Assembly: GCA_965116025.1 (NCBI GenBank)
Contig: OZ220480.1
Span: 1,248,001-1,312,000 of the forward strand
DNA length: 64,000 nucleotides
Direction of reading: 5' to 3'
DNA from: an uncultured candidatus Porisulfidus sp.
Lineage (GTDB): Bacteria; Pseudomonadota; Gammaproteobacteria; Poriferisulfidales; Poriferisulfidaceae
Under the pieces are notes generated by a model that was given only the letters and a program-made list of their open reading frames with translations, ran no database searches and was not told the origin of the DNA. Numbering within the stretch: position 1 is the stretch's first letter; each line of letters opens with the position of its first letter. A program made the position numbers and the translations under genes. Of this stretch, positions 20,724 to 33,784 are shown in pieces.

Positions 20724-21413
20724 CTACTCGGGGAATTCCTCCAGCGCTTCGGGAACCAGCTCGAGATCCTCTTCCGAAACGCCTTCCATCAGGGTTTCGG
20801 TCATCTCCTCGTCGGGAAGCGTCTCCGTGATGGTCTCGGAGAGATCCTCGACCAGCTCCTCGGCGCGTGGGTAGTGGAAGTGGCCGCGCCAATGCTCGGG
20901 CATCCAGTCGATGGTCATCTCGGCGGCCTCCACGAAGTGGGGGGTTAGCCGCGATTCCCGCCAGAACCCGGCCTCGCTTACGGAGGGAAGGGTGCCGACG
21001 ATCAGCGTCAGGGCCAGCACCAGGACCCAGCCGCGAAACAGTCCGAATAGCAACCCCATGACCCGATCGCCTCGCCGCAGAACGTTGCTATCCCTTTCCT
21101 TGACCCTTCGGGTGAACATCCGGTGCAGCTGCGACACCGCGACGAAGGTGAGCAGGAACAGAATGACCCCGGAGATCGGGGCGTGGAACTCGGTCAGGCC
21201 GTAGGAGCGCTCGCCCAGGGTGATTTCGTTGAACATCTCGGGCACGAACCGCGTCCCGAATTCGGCGAACTGGATGGCGACGAAAAGGCCCGCCGCCCAA
21301 GCCAGGATGGTGACGAACTCCTCGGCGAAGCCGCGCGACCAGCTCAGAACGCCGGAAGCCAGCACGATCAGCGCGATCGTCAGGTCCAGCATGGTGGCGC
21401 CGAAACTCGTCAT
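20724..21413 (-). CDS. cvpA: CvpA family membrane protein
   Basis: RGFAEE, DRVMGLLFGLFRG, ESRLTP; directly upstream of purF. Confidence 0.85.
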   Translation of the reverse strand: MTSFGATMLDLTIALIVLASGVLSWSRGFAEEFVTILAWAAGLFVAIQFAEFGTRFVPEMFNEITLGERSYGLTEFHAPISGVILFLLTFVAVSQLHRMFTRRVKERDSNVLRRGDRVMGLLFGLFRGWVLVLALTLIVGTLPSVSEAGFWRESRLTPHFVEAAEMTIDWMPEHWRGHFHYPRAEELVEDLSETITETLPDEEMTETLMEGVSEEDLELVPEALEEFPE

Positions 21414-21889
21414 GGTCGCCGGACGACCCAGCCCTCTTCCGCGTTCGTGAGGCTTTTCTTGGCCTTGATTCCCTCCAGCGCGTATTCGGCCTCCCGCTGG
21501 CTATAGTAGGGGCCGACCCAAACGCGCTGGTCCGTCTTTCCGTCGGCGGATTGGTCGGCGAACAGATTCGTGGGGTAGCCCGCTTCGCGCATGGCGTCGC
21601 GGATCTTGGAGGCCCCGCTCGCGTTGCGAAACCGGCCGACCTGGACGTACCATTTCTCTCTTGGTTCCAGGGAGAGAGGCTCTTGGACGCCAGGCCCCGG
21701 AGCGACGTGGGCATCCGGGTCGATCGGGAGCGCCTCGTAGGTGAACGTCAGCTCTTTCGGGTCCGCGACCTCCGGCAGGGGCTGGACCAGATCGGGGCGA
21801 CGCGTGTCCAGAAGCATGGGTATCACGAGCACCCCGAGGAAAATCAACAAAATGGCGCCGAGGAGCCGTTGTTTGAGTGCAATTTCCAA
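21410..21889 (-). CDS. dedD: SPOR-domain cell division protein, DedD-like
   Basis: KQRLLGAILL TM anchor, WYVQVGRF...RVWVGPY SPOR domain; folC-dedD-cvpA-purF synteny. Confidence 0.8.
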   Translation of the reverse strand: MEIALKQRLLGAILLIFLGVLVIPMLLDTRRPDLVQPLPEVADPKELTFTYEALPIDPDAHVAPGPGVQEPLSLEPREKWYVQVGRFRNASGASKIRDAMREAGYPTNLFADQSADGKTDQRVWVGPYYSQREAEYALEGIKAKKSLTNAEEGWVVRRP

Positions 21890-21973
21890 TGTCAGGATCG
21901 CGCCGCGCCCGCCCGCGCCATTATAGCGTCAAGCCGCGCGCTTCCAGGCGAGAAATCCACGTTCGCGCCATCG

Positions 21974-23269
21974 CTACCGAGCTGGAAAGGCCAAGGACTC
22001 GGGCTCCAGCTCGTCCGGGTGGCGCAACAGGATCTCCCCAACCGCGAACACTGAGCCGAACGCCACCACGGTTCCGTCCCGTCCGGCTCTCGCGGTGGCT
22101 TCCTGGTAGGCCCGCGTGACGGAGGAATGAGTCTGGACATTGGACAAATTGCCGGCTTCCGCGAGCACGCGCAGGGTTCGCAGGGGCATCGCCCGGGGCG
22201 ATTCCACCTCGCACAGGTGCCAGCTCTGGACCAGCGGCGCCAGCGGGGCGAGCATGTTCGCCACGTCCTTCTCTCGCGCCGCGGAGAATACCGCGCGCAG
22301 AGGGCGCCCGGCGCGGTAGCGGCGGAGGTTGCGAGCCAAATTGACGGCGCCTTCCGGATTGTGCGCGATGTCCAGCACGGTGTCCACTGGCTCGTCCAGA
22401 ATCTGGAAGCGACCGGTCAAGCGGACGTTCTCGAGCGCGGCGCGAACGGTTTCTGGATCGATCTCGCCCAAATGCCCCAGCACGGTTAGCGCGCTGGCGG
22501 CGTTGTTTAGCTGCACCCTTCCGGGTAGCTGGCGCGGAATTGGCAGATCCAGGGCCATTCCGTCGCGATGGCGGTATCGCCACCGCGACGGGCTCAGGGG
22601 CAGCGCGAGAAAATCCTGTCCGATGCGTTGCAGCGGGGCGCCCAGGCGGCGCGCCTGATCGGCCAGACTGAGCGGGGGATCCGGCTCTCCGCACACGACC
22701 TGCCGCCCGGGCCGCATGATCCCGGCTTTCTCGCGGCCGATCGATTCCCGGGTCTGGCCCAACCATTCGGCGTGGTCGATGCTGATGCTGGTGATCAGGG
22801 CGACGTCGGCGTCCCACAGGTTGACCGCGTCCATCCGCCCGCCGAGGCCGACCTCGAGGATCGCGTAGTCTAGGCCTCGCTCGCGGAAGATCGCCATCAT
22901 GGCTAGGGTGCCGTACTCGAAGAACGACAGGCTGGTGTCGCCGCGGGCCCGTTCGACCCGCTCGAAGGCGGCGCACAGCGTCTCGTCGTCGACCTCCTTC
23001 CCGTCGACGCGGACGCGCTCGTTGTAGCGGAGGAAGTGCGGCGAGGTGTAGGCGCCGACCCGCCCGCGCGGACGCAGCATGGCTTCCAGCAAGGCGACGC
23101 TGGAGCCTTTTCCGTTGGTGCCGGCGACGGTGATGATCTTGAATTCTGGCGCCTCGAGCAGGTTCATGCGCCGGGCCACCACCCGGATGCGCTCCAGCCC
23201 CAGGTCGATGCCGCTGCTGTGCAGGCGCTGCTGCCAGTCGATCCATTCGGACAGGGAGGAGAATCGCAT
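21974..23269 (-). CDS. folC: Dihydrofolate/folylpolyglutamate synthase
   Basis: VAGTNGKGS, YTSPH, EVGLGGRMDAVN, DIAHNP. Confidence 0.95.
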   Translation of the reverse strand: MRFSSLSEWIDWQQRLHSSGIDLGLERIRVVARRMNLLEAPEFKIITVAGTNGKGSSVALLEAMLRPRGRVGAYTSPHFLRYNERVRVDGKEVDDETLCAAFERVERARGDTSLSFFEYGTLAMMAIFRERGLDYAILEVGLGGRMDAVNLWDADVALITSISIDHAEWLGQTRESIGREKAGIMRPGRQVVCGEPDPPLSLADQARRLGAPLQRIGQDFLALPLSPSRWRYRHRDGMALDLPIPRQLPGRVQLNNAASALTVLGHLGEIDPETVRAALENVRLTGRFQILDEPVDTVLDIAHNPEGAVNLARNLRRYRAGRPLRAVFSAAREKDVANMLAPLAPLVQSWHLCEVESPRAMPLRTLRVLAEAGNLSNVQTHSSVTRAYQEATARAGRDGTVVAFGSVFAVGEILLRHPDELEPESLAFPAR

Positions 23270-23275
23270 CGGCGA

Positions 23276-24148
23276 CTATTCGGCCCGCGGCCGGGCCGGG
23301 AGTTTCGTCATCAGCGCCAGCAGGTCGGCGATGACGTCGCGCATCTCGTGGCGGTGCACCAGCATGTCGATGGCTCCATGCTCCAACAGGAACTCGCTGC
23401 GCTGGAAGCCTTCCGGAAGGGTCTCGCGCACGGTCTGCTCGATCACGCGCGGCCCGGCGAAGCCGATCAGCGCGCCCGGTTCCGCGATCTGGATGTCGCC
23501 GAGCATGCCGAGCGAGGCGGAGACCCCGCCCATGGTCGGGTCGGTCAGCACCGAGATGTAGGGCAGGTTTCGCTTGCGCATCCGCGCCAGCGCGGCCGCG
23601 GTCTTGGACATCTGGAACAGGGACGTCAGGGCCTCCTGCATGCGCGCGCCGCCGCTGGCGGAGAAGCACACCAAGGGAACGCGCCGCCGCGCGCAGACCG
23701 CGGCCGCGCGCGCGAACTTCTCGCCCACGACCGAGCCCATGGAGCCGCCCATGAAGCCGAATTCGAAAGCCGCGCAGACCAGCGGCTGGCCGTGCAGCTT
23801 CCCTTGCATGATGATCAGCGCGTCCTTCTCCTTCGTCGCCTTCTGCGCTTGGCTGATGCGGTCCCGGTAGCGCTTGCTGTCCCGAAACCGCAGAAAGTCC
23901 CGGGGCGCGAGTTCCGAGAGCAGCTCCTCGCGCGGCGTCTCGTCGAGGAACATGCCGAGCCGCTCGCGGGCCGACACGCGCATGTGACTCTGGCACTTCG
24001 GGCACACATGAAGGTTCCGCTCCAGCTCGGACCGATACAGCGGGGCGCCGCAGCTCGGACATTTGATCCACAAGCCTTGGGGAACCTTCCGGGAGTTGCC
24101 GCTCTCGATCCGGATTTGCGGCGGCACCAGACGCTTGTACCAGCTCAC
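23276..24148 (-). CDS. accD: Acetyl-CoA carboxylase carboxyltransferase beta subunit
   Basis: CPSC/CPKC zinc finger, [19 protein letters not shown]. Confidence 0.97.
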   Translation of the reverse strand: MSWYKRLVPPQIRIESGNSRKVPQGLWIKCPSCGAPLYRSELERNLHVCPKCQSHMRVSARERLGMFLDETPREELLSELAPRDFLRFRDSKRYRDRISQAQKATKEKDALIIMQGKLHGQPLVCAAFEFGFMGGSMGSVVGEKFARAAAVCARRRVPLVCFSASGGARMQEALTSLFQMSKTAAALARMRKRNLPYISVLTDPTMGGVSASLGMLGDIQIAEPGALIGFAGPRVIEQTVRETLPEGFQRSEFLLEHGAIDMLVHRHEMRDVIADLLALMTKLPARPRAE

Positions 24149-24956
24149 GTCGCGCTCCCCGCCGCGCGCGCCGCGTCCATGGCGCCGCGCAGCTCCCGCA
24201 TCAGCCCAGTCGCGGCGGCGCAGGGGTCCGCGGCCGCCGCGACGCGCTCCACCAGCGCGCTGCCGACGACGACCGCGTCGGCGATTTCCGCGGCGCGGGC
24301 CGCGGTGGCCGCGTCCTTGATGCCGAAGCCGATGCCGACGGGCAGGGAGGTCTCGGCTCGGACGCGCGCGACGCGCCGCGCCGCGTCTTCCATGTCCAGG
24401 CGGTCCGCGCCGGTCGTCCCGCGCAACGACACGTAGTACAGAAATCCGCTCGCCTGATCGCGGATCTTCCGCGCTCGCTCCTCGCTGGTAGTGGGGGCGA
24501 TCAGGAATATCTCGTCCAGTCCGTGAGCGGCCAGGGCCTGGCGCAGCGCGGGCGCCTCTTCTGGAGGCAGGTCGACCACCAGCGCGCCGTCGATGCCGGC
24601 GCGGGCGGCCTCGCGCGCGAAGACGTCCGCGCCCATGGCCGAGATGGGGTTGGCGTAGCCCATCAGGATCAATGGCGTCCGCGCGTCCTCGGCGCGGAAC
24701 TCGGTAGCCATGTCGAGGACGTCGCGCAGGCGGACGCGATGCGCCAGCGCTCGCGCGCAGGCGGCCTGGATCACGGGCCCGTCGGCCATCGGGTCCGTGA
24801 ACGGGACCCCGATCTCGATGAGATCGGCGCCGGCGCGCGTCAGCGCGCGCAACAGTGGCACGGTGGCGGCGGGCTCCGGGTCGCCCGCGGTCAGGTAGGG
24901 GATCAGGGCGGCGCGTCCTTCCGCGCGCAGCTCGGCGAAGCGCTGGGCGACGCGGC

Positions 24957-24960
<4 letters not shown>
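24145..24960 (-). CDS. trpA: Tryptophan synthase alpha chain
   Basis: [28 protein letters not shown]; GTG start at 24960 overlaps trpB stop. Confidence 0.95.
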
Positions 24961-26160
<1,200 letters not shown>

Positions 26161-26174
<14 letters not shown>

Positions 26175-26790
26175 GGCTCACCTCTCGCAGAAACGCTTCA
26201 ACCTTGTCGGGATCCTTGCGTCCGGGGCGGGTCTCGACGCCGCTGCTGACGTCCACGCCCCAAGGCCGGACCGTCCGGATCGCCTCGCCGACGTTGTCTG
26301 GCGTCAGTCCGCCCGCCAGGATCAGCGGGCGCGGGTCCTCGGGGCGAACCCGCGTCCAGTCGAAGGTCTCGCCCTGGCCCCCGGCCTCTCCGGCCGCGTG
26401 GCCGTCCAGCAGGAAGCCGCGCGCCGCGCGGTAGCGCCGCGGGTAGTCGGCCAAGGCGTTGGGCTCGCTCATCGGCACGGTCTTGATCCAGCGCCCCGGA
26501 AACCGCGCGCACAGTTCCGGATCCTCTTGGCCATGGTACTGCAGGCCGTCGACCGGTGCCCGGTCGATCAGATCGTCCAGGAACTCCGGGTCGGGATTGA
26601 GCACGACCGCGTAGGCGTTGACGAACGGCGGCAGGGCATCGATGATGGCGCGCGCGGCGTCGATGCTGACGTCGCGCGGGCTAGGGGGATGGAACACCAA
26701 GCCGATGGCGTCGGCCCCGGCCGCGGCGGCGAGGCGGGCGTCGTCCGGGTTCGTGACGCCGCAGATTTTGACGCGAACGCGCGGGGTCAT
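26161..26790 (-). CDS. trpF: Phosphoribosylanthranilate isomerase
   Basis: [23 protein letters not shown]; start ATG 26790. Confidence 0.95.
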
Positions 26791-27584
26791 GAAGAGCTCG
26801 GGCTGTAATGGGGGGTCCAAAGAGGCGGTGGGATCGCGCATTCCGGGGGATAGTGTACGCGCGTCAGGTACAGTCCGTCCGGCGGGGCGGTGACGCCGCC
26901 GGCCGCGCGGTCGCGCAGCGCGAGCAGCTCGCCCGGCCATTCCAGGGAGCGCTTGCCGATTCCGACCTCCATCAGGCAGCCCGCCAGGATGCGCACCATG
27001 TGGTGCAGGAAGCCATCGGCCTCCGCGTCGATGTGGACGAACGGGCCATGGGTGGTGACCTCCAGCCGGTGAAGGGTGCGCCGGGGGTGGCGCGCCTGGC
27101 ATTCCGCGGCGCGGAAGCTGGTGAAATCGCGCTCGCCTGGCAGGGTCCAGGCCGCTTGGCGCATCCGGTCGGCGTCCAAAGTCTCGGGCGCCCGGGCGAC
27201 CTTGCCGGCGAGCAGACCGGCGGAGGCGGCGTCGCGGCGCAGAAAGATATAGCGATAGCGCCGGCGGACCGCCGAATGGCGCGCGTGGAAATCGTCCGCG
27301 ACCTCCCGCGCCCAGGAGACGCTGACTCCGGGAGGCAGATGCGAGCCGGCGCCGCGCTGCCAAGCGCGCGCGGGGCGAATCGCGGATGTGTCGAAGTGGA
27401 TGACCTGGCCGGTCGCGTGAACCTTGGCGTCGGTGCGTCCGGCGGCGACGGCTTGGACCGGGTGGTCGGCGACCCGGGACAGCGCGCGCTCGATCGCGTC
27501 CTGCGCGCTTGGGGCGTGGCTCTGGCGTTGCCAGCCGTGGAAGAGGGCGCCATCGTACTCGAGACCGCAGGCTAGTCGGGGCAT
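26787..27584 (-). CDS. truA: tRNA pseudouridine(38-40) synthase
   Basis: EYDG..FHGWQRQ, AGRTDAKVHA, FLHHMVR. Confidence 0.95.
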   Translation of the reverse strand: MPRLACGLEYDGALFHGWQRQSHAPSAQDAIERALSRVADHPVQAVAAGRTDAKVHATGQVIHFDTSAIRPARAWQRGAGSHLPPGVSVSWAREVADDFHARHSAVRRRYRYIFLRRDAASAGLLAGKVARAPETLDADRMRQAAWTLPGERDFTSFRAAECQARHPRRTLHRLEVTTHGPFVHIDAEADGFLHHMVRILAGCLMEVGIGKRSLEWPGELLALRDRAAGGVTAPPDGLYLTRVHYPPECAIPPPLWTPHYSPSSS

Positions 27585-27587
27585 GGA

Positions 27588-28868
27588 TCAGGACGAGGAG
27601 ATCCGGCGTTCCAGCTTCTTCGCCTCCTCGCGCTCTCGTCTCGTTCCTTCCGCGCGGACCAGCCGGAGCAGGGAGCGCGCTTCCTCGCGCTGGTTCGTCT
27701 CGACTCGCGCGTACGCCAGGTCCAGCGCGGAACTGGCGCGGCGGGCGGGGTCCGGGATGTCGCCCACGCTTTGGCGAATGATCCGGTCGTGGCGGGCGCG
27801 GCGCAGGACGAGCGCGAGCAGGTAGGCCAAGAGCAGAAGGCCGGTGGCGGCGAGAATCCCGGGCCACGGCGGCGCGAGAGGCGCGGCCGCGCGGTCCGGC
27901 GAGCTGGGCGCCCCGACGGCCAGCGACGCCAGCCCTTCGCTCTCGATCTCCATCATGGCGGGTGGCGTCTCGCGTTCATCGGTTCGGGCTCGTTCGGTCT
28001 CGCCTTCTTCCATCGGAGCGGAGGGCGGCTCGGACGCGGCGGCGTCCGCCACCGTCTCCGTCGCGGAAAACTCGTCCGGCGCGGCTCGCGTCGGCTTGGG
28101 CGCTGGCGGAGAGGGCGGTTCCAGCTTCGCCGTCGCGGAATCGGCCGGCTCCTCGATAGGCATGAGCCGCAATCGCCGTTCTCGCAGGGTTGGACTCTCG
28201 GGTGGGATCGTACCGTCCTGGCGCCATTTCCTCCACCACTCGTTCTGGAAACGGACTTCGTCGATCATCCACTGGCGGGAAAGCTCCAGAAGCGCGACCT
28301 CGGTCGGGCTCGGGATATACAGCTCGGCGCCCGCGCGCACCAGGTTGATGTTGTCGTGGATGAAGGCGTGCCGGTTATGCAACTGGATCGCCAGCATCAG
28401 AGCGTAGGGATCGACTTTCTGGCCGCGGGCGCTGTCCAGCGCGATCTCGAGCAGCGTGTCCCCCCGGACCACCTCGCGCGTCGCGCCGGCGGGGACGCAG
28501 GATGGAAGATTCAGAGTGTAGAACACGGGAAGCTCGTGACCCTCGCTGATAACCAGCACCAGATCGCTGGGGTGGGGCGGGAGCGGCTCCTCGCCGCGGA
28601 TCCGGACTCGCTCCTCGCCATCGTTCCGAATTCGCTCCAGTTTCGCCGACCCGACCCAAGGGGGATAGGCTTTCCCGATCTTCCGATAGGTCGGTGGGGA
28701 CGCGATCTCCACGCGCGCCCGCTCTGGATCGATGGCGGGTTCCGTGGCCACGCGCAGCGTGAGCAGGGCGGAGCAGTCCGGCTCGAAGTGGATATCCGGC
28801 TCGCCGACCTCCAGGGCCTGGGCCGGAGCGATCAGCGCGACGGCGAGAAGCGCGAGCCGCGCGATCAT
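27588..28868 (-). CDS. fimV: FimV/HubP-like polar landmark protein, short form
   Basis: Signal peptide, LysM-like VVRGDTLLEIA..NINLVRAGAEL, TM helix, C-terminal LDLAYA..EAR; asd-fimV-truA synteny. Confidence 0.75.
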   Translation of the reverse strand: MIARLALLAVALIAPAQALEVGEPDIHFEPDCSALLTLRVATEPAIDPERARVEIASPPTYRKIGKAYPPWVGSAKLERIRNDGEERVRIRGEEPLPPHPSDLVLVISEGHELPVFYTLNLPSCVPAGATREVVRGDTLLEIALDSARGQKVDPYALMLAIQLHNRHAFIHDNINLVRAGAELYIPSPTEVALLELSRQWMIDEVRFQNEWWRKWRQDGTIPPESPTLRERRLRLMPIEEPADSATAKLEPPSPPAPKPTRAAPDEFSATETVADAAASEPPSAPMEEGETERARTDERETPPAMMEIESEGLASLAVGAPSSPDRAAAPLAPPWPGILAATGLLLLAYLLALVLRRARHDRIIRQSVGDIPDPARRASSALDLAYARVETNQREEARSLLRLVRAEGTRREREEAKKLERRISSS

Positions 28869-29887
28869 GGCCCGAACCGCTCCAGCCATCGCTCGGCGAT
28901 CTGGATGCTGTTGGTCGCGGCGCCCTTGCGCAGGTTGTCGCTGACGATCCAGAGGTCCAGTCCGCGCGGGTGGGACAAGTCCTGGCGGACGCGCCCGACG
29001 AACACCTCGTCGCGGCCGGCCGCCTCCGTCACCGCCGTGGGATAGCCGCCGTCCGCCATCTCGTCCACGACCACCACCCCGGGGGCGTCTTCCAACAACG
29101 CGCGCGCGGTCCGCGCGTCCAACGGCTCGCGGGTTTCCAGGTGCACGGCTTCGGAATGGCCGCGGTACACCGGCACGCGGACCGTGGTCGGGTTCACGCC
29201 AATGCTCTCGTCCTCCAGGATTTTCCGGGTCTCCCAGACCATTTTCATCTCCTCGCGGGTGTAGCCGTTTTCTTGGAAGCGGTCGATCTGCGGCAGGACG
29301 TTGAACGCGATCGGGCGCGGGTAGACCTCGCCGGGACTCTCGCGACCGTCGAGCGAGTCCGCCGTTTGCTGGTGAAGCTCTCGGATCGCGGCCTGCCCGG
29401 TGCCGGAGACCGCCTGGTACGTCGCGACGTTGACGCGCGCGACGCCGGCGGCGTCGTGCAGGGGCTTGAGCGCCACCACCATCTGGATGGTCGAGCAGTT
29501 GGGGTTGGCGATGATGCCACGGGCGCGCCAGTCGGCGATGCGTTCCAGGTTGCACTCCGGCACCACCAGCGGGACATCCGGCTCGTAGCGAAAGCAGGAC
29601 GTGTTGTCGACCACCAAGCAGCCGGCCTCGGCGGCGCGCGGCGCGAACTGGCGCGAGGGCTCGGAGCCCGCGGAGAACAGGGCGATCCGCGCCTGCCGAA
29701 AATCGAATTCCTCCAGCGCTTGGACCTCGATTTCCCGTCCGCGAAATGGCAGGCGCTGGCCCCGCGAGCGCTGGCTCGCCACCAGGTGCAGGGCGCCGAG
29801 CGGAAAGTCGCGCTCTTCCAGGACCCGGCGCATCACGTCGCCCACGGCGCCGGTGGCGCCGACGATCACCACGTCCGGGCCGCTCAT
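28865..29887 (-). CDS. asd: Aspartate-semialdehyde dehydrogenase
   Basis: [26 protein letters not shown]. Confidence 0.96.
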   Translation of the reverse strand: MSGPDVVIVGATGAVGDVMRRVLEERDFPLGALHLVASQRSRGQRLPFRGREIEVQALEEFDFRQARIALFSAGSEPSRQFAPRAAEAGCLVVDNTSCFRYEPDVPLVVPECNLERIADWRARGIIANPNCSTIQMVVALKPLHDAAGVARVNVATYQAVSGTGQAAIRELHQQTADSLDGRESPGEVYPRPIAFNVLPQIDRFQENGYTREEMKMVWETRKILEDESIGVNPTTVRVPVYRGHSEAVHLETREPLDARTARALLEDAPGVVVVDEMADGGYPTAVTEAAGRDEVFVGRVRQDLSHPRGLDLWIVSDNLRKGAATNSIQIAERWLERFGP

Positions 29888-30966
29888 GGGCGCAGGCGCG
29901 CCTCCAGCGCGCGGGCCACCGCGTCTCCCATCCGCGCGGCGCCGACGGTCGCGCCGCCGTCCGCGAGGTCGGCGGTCCGGAGGCCTTGCCGCAAGACGTC
30001 GCGCGCGGCCTCCTCCACCGCGTCGGCGGCGTCGGCGCGGCGAAGGGAATGGCGCAGCATCATGCCGACCGACAGAATCATGGCGAGCGGGTTGGCTCGC
30101 CCGGTTCCGGCCAGCTCTGGCGCCGAGCCGTGCACTGGCTCATAAAGGCCCTGTCCCTTCTCGTTGAGCGAGGCCGAGGGCAGCAGGCCGATCGAGCCGG
30201 TCAGTTGCGCGGCGACGTCGGACAGGATGTCGCCGAACAGGTTGCCGGTGACGATCACGTCGAACTGGGCGGGGCGGGCGACGAGCTGCATGGCGGCGTT
30301 GTCCACGTAGAGGTGCGACAGCTCGATGTCCGGATAGTCGCGCGCGACCTCGCCGACCACCGCGCGCCACAGCTCGGAGACCTCAAGGACGTTGGCCTTG
30401 TCCACGGAGCAGACCCGCTTGCGCCGACTCCGCGCGGCCTCGAAGGCGACGCGCGCGACGCGCGCGATCTCGTCCTCGTCGTAGATCATGGTGTTCACGC
30501 CCCGCCGGCGGCCGTTTCGCTCGTCCAGCGAGCGCGGCTCGCCGAAGTAGAGCCCGCCGGTGAGCTCGCGCGCGATCAGAAGATCCATTCCCTCCAGCCG
30601 GTCAGGCTTGAGACTCGACGCATGCGCCATGCCCGGCATCAGCGTCGCGGGACGCAGGTTCGCGTACAGGCCGAGCTCCTTGCGCAACCGGAGCAGGCCG
30701 GTCTCGGGGCGCAGCGACCGGTTCGGCGTGTCGTGGCGCGGCGAGCCGACCGCCGCCAGCAGCACGGCGTCGGCGGCGCGGGCGGCGCGCAGGGTCTCGG
30801 GCGGCAGGGGATCACCCTCGGCGTCGACGGCCGCGCCCCCGATCAGCCCCTCTTCGATCTCCAGCGCGAGGCCGCCGTGGCGGACGAGACAATCTAGCGT
30901 CTTGCGCGCCTCGGCCATGATTTCCGGGCCGATGCCGTCGCCGGGCAGAAGCAGGACGCGCGACAT
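29884..30966 (-). CDS. leuB: 3-isopropylmalate dehydrogenase
   Basis: [36 protein letters not shown]; start ATG 30966. Confidence 0.97.
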   Translation of the reverse strand: MSRVLLLPGDGIGPEIMAEARKTLDCLVRHGGLALEIEEGLIGGAAVDAEGDPLPPETLRAARAADAVLLAAVGSPRHDTPNRSLRPETGLLRLRKELGLYANLRPATLMPGMAHASSLKPDRLEGMDLLIARELTGGLYFGEPRSLDERNGRRRGVNTMIYDEDEIARVARVAFEAARSRRKRVCSVDKANVLEVSELWRAVVGEVARDYPDIELSHLYVDNAAMQLVARPAQFDVIVTGNLFGDILSDVAAQLTGSIGLLPSASLNEKGQGLYEPVHGSAPELAGTGRANPLAMILSVGMMLRHSLRRADAADAVEEAARDVLRQGLRTADLADGGATVGAARMGDAVARALEARLRP

Positions 30967-31619
30967 CACGGGCCTCCGAAACGGTTGAACAGCCAAGGCG
31001 CGCGCGCGCGCCGCGCCGCCTCGAATTTCCGGATCCGGTCCACGTGGCGCAGGGTCAGCGCGATGTCGTCGAGGCCCTCGACGAGACATCGCTTTCGTTG
31101 CGGATCGATGCGAAACGTCCAGCTCGCGCCGGAATCGTCCACCACCGTCTGCTCCGGCAGGTCGATCTCCAGCCGATAGCCCTCGGTTCGCTCGATCCGT
31201 CCGAGAATCTCCCGCGTGACGTTCTCTGGAAGACGGATGGTCAGCAGGCCGTTCTTGGCGGCGTTGGTGTCGAAGATATCGGCGAAGCTCGGCGCGATGA
31301 TGGCCCGGAAGCCGGCGTCCAGGAGCGCCCAGACCGCATGCTCGCGCGAGGAGCCGCAGCCGAAGTTGGCGCCGGTGACCAGGATGGACGCGTCCTGGTA
31401 GCGGTGCCGGTTCAGCACGAAATCCGGGTTTTGGGGGCGCTTGGCATGGTCGCTCTCCAGGTCGCCGGGCGCCAGGTAGCGCCAGCTGTCGAACAGATTC
31501 GGGCCGAAGCCGTCGCGCCGAACCGATTTCAGATATTGCTTGGGAATGATCACGTCGGTGTCGACGTTGTCGCGGTCGAGCGGCGCGGCGGTCCCGCGAT
31601 GGTCCGTGAACGGTATCAC
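30966..31619 (-). CDS. leuD: 3-isopropylmalate dehydratase small subunit
   Basis: [22 protein letters not shown]; GTG start at 31619. Confidence 0.96.
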   Translation of the reverse strand: MIPFTDHRGTAAPLDRDNVDTDVIIPKQYLKSVRRDGFGPNLFDSWRYLAPGDLESDHAKRPQNPDFVLNRHRYQDASILVTGANFGCGSSREHAVWALLDAGFRAIIAPSFADIFDTNAAKNGLLTIRLPENVTREILGRIERTEGYRLEIDLPEQTVVDDSGASWTFRIDPQRKRCLVEGLDDIALTLRHVDRIRKFEAARRARAPWLFNRFGGP

Positions 31620-33025
31620 GCCAGTATCTCCCGCGCGTCGACGAAATGTCCGGCGCAAGCCGCCGCCGCGGCCATCGCCGGGCTGACCAGGTGAGTGCGT
31701 CCCCCTTCGCCTTGGCGTCCCTCGAAGTTGCGGTTGGAGGTGGAGGCGCAGCGCTCTCCGGGCTCCAGTCGATCAGAGTTCATGGCGAGGCACATCGAGC
31801 AGCCGGGCTCCCGCCATTCGAACCCTGCTTCCATGAAGATCCGGTCCAGTCCTTCCGATTCGGCCTGCGCCTTGACGCGCCCGGAGCCGGGGACGACCAG
31901 CGCCTGACGGACGCGGTCCGCCCGGCGGCGTCCGCGGACGACCGTGGCCGCTTCCCGCAGATCCTCGATTCGGGCGTTGGTGCAGGAGCCGATGAAGACC
32001 CGGTCCAACTCGATGTCGGTGATCGCCTCGCCTCCCTTGAGGCCCATGTAGTCCAACGCCGCTCTCATGCCGCCCGCGCGGGTCTCGTCCGCCGCTTCCT
32101 CCGGGCGGGGGACGAAGGCGTCGACCGGCGCCACCATGTCCGGAGACGTGCCCCAGGTCACCTGGGGCGCCACCGCGTCCGCTCGCAACGTCACGGCGCG
32201 CTCGAACGCGGCGTCATCGTCCGAGCGCAACGCGCGCCACTGCCGCTCGGCCGCTTCCTGGTCGGCGCCCTCCGGGGCGTAGGTCCGCCCACGGACGTAG
32301 TCAAGAGTCACATCGTCGACCGCGACCAGGCCGGAGCGCGCGCCCGCCTCGATCGCCATATTGCACAAGGTCATGCGGCCCTCCATGCTCATCTCCTCGA
32401 CCGCCCGCCCAGCGAACTCGATCGCGCAGCCCGCGCCGCCCGCCGCGCCCACGTTTCCGATCAGCGCCAGCGCCAGATCCTTGGCGCCGACGCCGGGCGC
32501 GGGGCGCCCCTCCAGGCGCGCTAGCATGCCGGAAGGCTTTCGCGCTGGCAGGCATTGGGTGGCCAGGACGTGCTCCACTTGCGAGGTGCCGACGCCGAAC
32601 GCCAATGCCGCTAGCGCGCCGTGCGTGGACGTGTGCGAATCGCCGCACACCACGGTCATGCCCGGCAGGGTGACGCCCTGCTCCGGACCGATCACGTGCA
32701 CGATGCCTTGGCGCGGGTCCCCCATCCGGAACTCCAGCAGGCCGTATTCCGCGCAGTTGGCGTCCAGCGTCTCTATCTGGCGACGCGAGATCGGGTCCGG
32801 AACGCTCCCGAGCCCTGGCTCGGTCGGGACGTTATGATCGGCGACCGCGATGACGCTGTCGGGTCGCCACGGAGCGCGGCCAGCCAGCCGCAACCCCGCG
32901 AAAGCCTGCGGAGAGGTGACTTCATGGACCAAATGGCAGTCGATGTACAGCAGGGTGACGCCATCCTCGTCGACGCGCACCGCGTGCTCTTCCCAAAGCT
33001 TGTCGTGCAGGGTCCGTCCGGACAT
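31616..33025 (-). CDS. leuC: 3-isopropylmalate dehydratase large subunit
   Basis: [43 protein letters not shown]. Confidence 0.98.
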   Translation of the reverse strand: MSGRTLHDKLWEEHAVRVDEDGVTLLYIDCHLVHEVTSPQAFAGLRLAGRAPWRPDSVIAVADHNVPTEPGLGSVPDPISRRQIETLDANCAEYGLLEFRMGDPRQGIVHVIGPEQGVTLPGMTVVCGDSHTSTHGALAALAFGVGTSQVEHVLATQCLPARKPSGMLARLEGRPAPGVGAKDLALALIGNVGAAGGAGCAIEFAGRAVEEMSMEGRMTLCNMAIEAGARSGLVAVDDVTLDYVRGRTYAPEGADQEAAERQWRALRSDDDAAFERAVTLRADAVAPQVTWGTSPDMVAPVDAFVPRPEEAADETRAGGMRAALDYMGLKGGEAITDIELDRVFIGSCTNARIEDLREAATVVRGRRRADRVRQALVVPGSGRVKAQAESEGLDRIFMEAGFEWREPGCSMCLAMNSDRLEPGERCASTSNRNFEGRQGEGGRTHLVSPAMAAAAACAGHFVDAREILA

Positions 33026-33105
33026 GATCGTTCGTTTTCGCTACGCGCCTGATGCGAAAGCGATTATAGAGGACGGGGAGGAGCGCGGGGCGCTCTCGAG
33101 AGCGG

Positions 33106-33783
33106 CTACCGGGCGCTTTCCGAGCTGAATTCTGCTCGGGCCCCGGCCAGGCGCGCGGCGGTGCCGATGTCCGCCCACCGCCCGCGATATCGCTCGCCGC
33201 TCACCCGGCCGTCACGGATGGCGGCCCGCAGCAAGGGCGCTAGCGGAAAGCGTCCCGGCGCCTGTTCCTCGAACAGGCGGGGACGGTAGAAGCCAATCCC
33301 GGCGTACGTCAGGCGCGTCCCGGACGCTTCCCGAACTCGATCACCGTCAAGGCGAAAGTCTCCCTCTGGATGGTGCGCGGGGTTGTCGACCAGAATCAGG
33401 CGCGCGTCGTCGCCACCGGCCAGCGCCGGGAGAGAAAACCGGTAGTCAGCGCGCACGTCCGCGTTGACCACCCAGAACGGTTCCGGTCCCAGCAACGGAA
33501 GCGCTCGAAGGATTCCACCCCCGGTCTCCAGCGGAGGGGATGGTTCGGGCGAATAGCGAATCCGCACTCCGAACTCCTCCCCGTTTCCCAAGGCTTCCCG
33601 GATCTTTTCGCCTAGATGCGAAAGGTTGACGACCACGTTCTCGATTCCGGCGCTCCGCAGGGCCTGGAGGTGGCGCGCGATCAGGGTCTCTCCAGCGACC
33701 TCCAGCAAGGCTTTCGGGGTGGAGTCCGTCAGTGGGCGCAGGCGTTCCCCGCGTCCGGCCGCTAGAATCATGGCCGAGGGCAT
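33106..33783 (-). CDS. murU: N-acetylmuramate alpha-1-phosphate uridylyltransferase
   Basis: [32 protein letters not shown]; downstream of amgK. Confidence 0.88.
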   Translation of the reverse strand: MPSAMILAAGRGERLRPLTDSTPKALLEVAGETLIARHLQALRSAGIENVVVNLSHLGEKIREALGNGEEFGVRIRYSPEPSPPLETGGGILRALPLLGPEPFWVVNADVRADYRFSLPALAGGDDARLILVDNPAHHPEGDFRLDGDRVREASGTRLTYAGIGFYRPRLFEEQAPGRFPLAPLLRAAIRDGRVSGERYRGRWADIGTAARLAGARAEFSSESAR

Positions 33784-33784
33784 G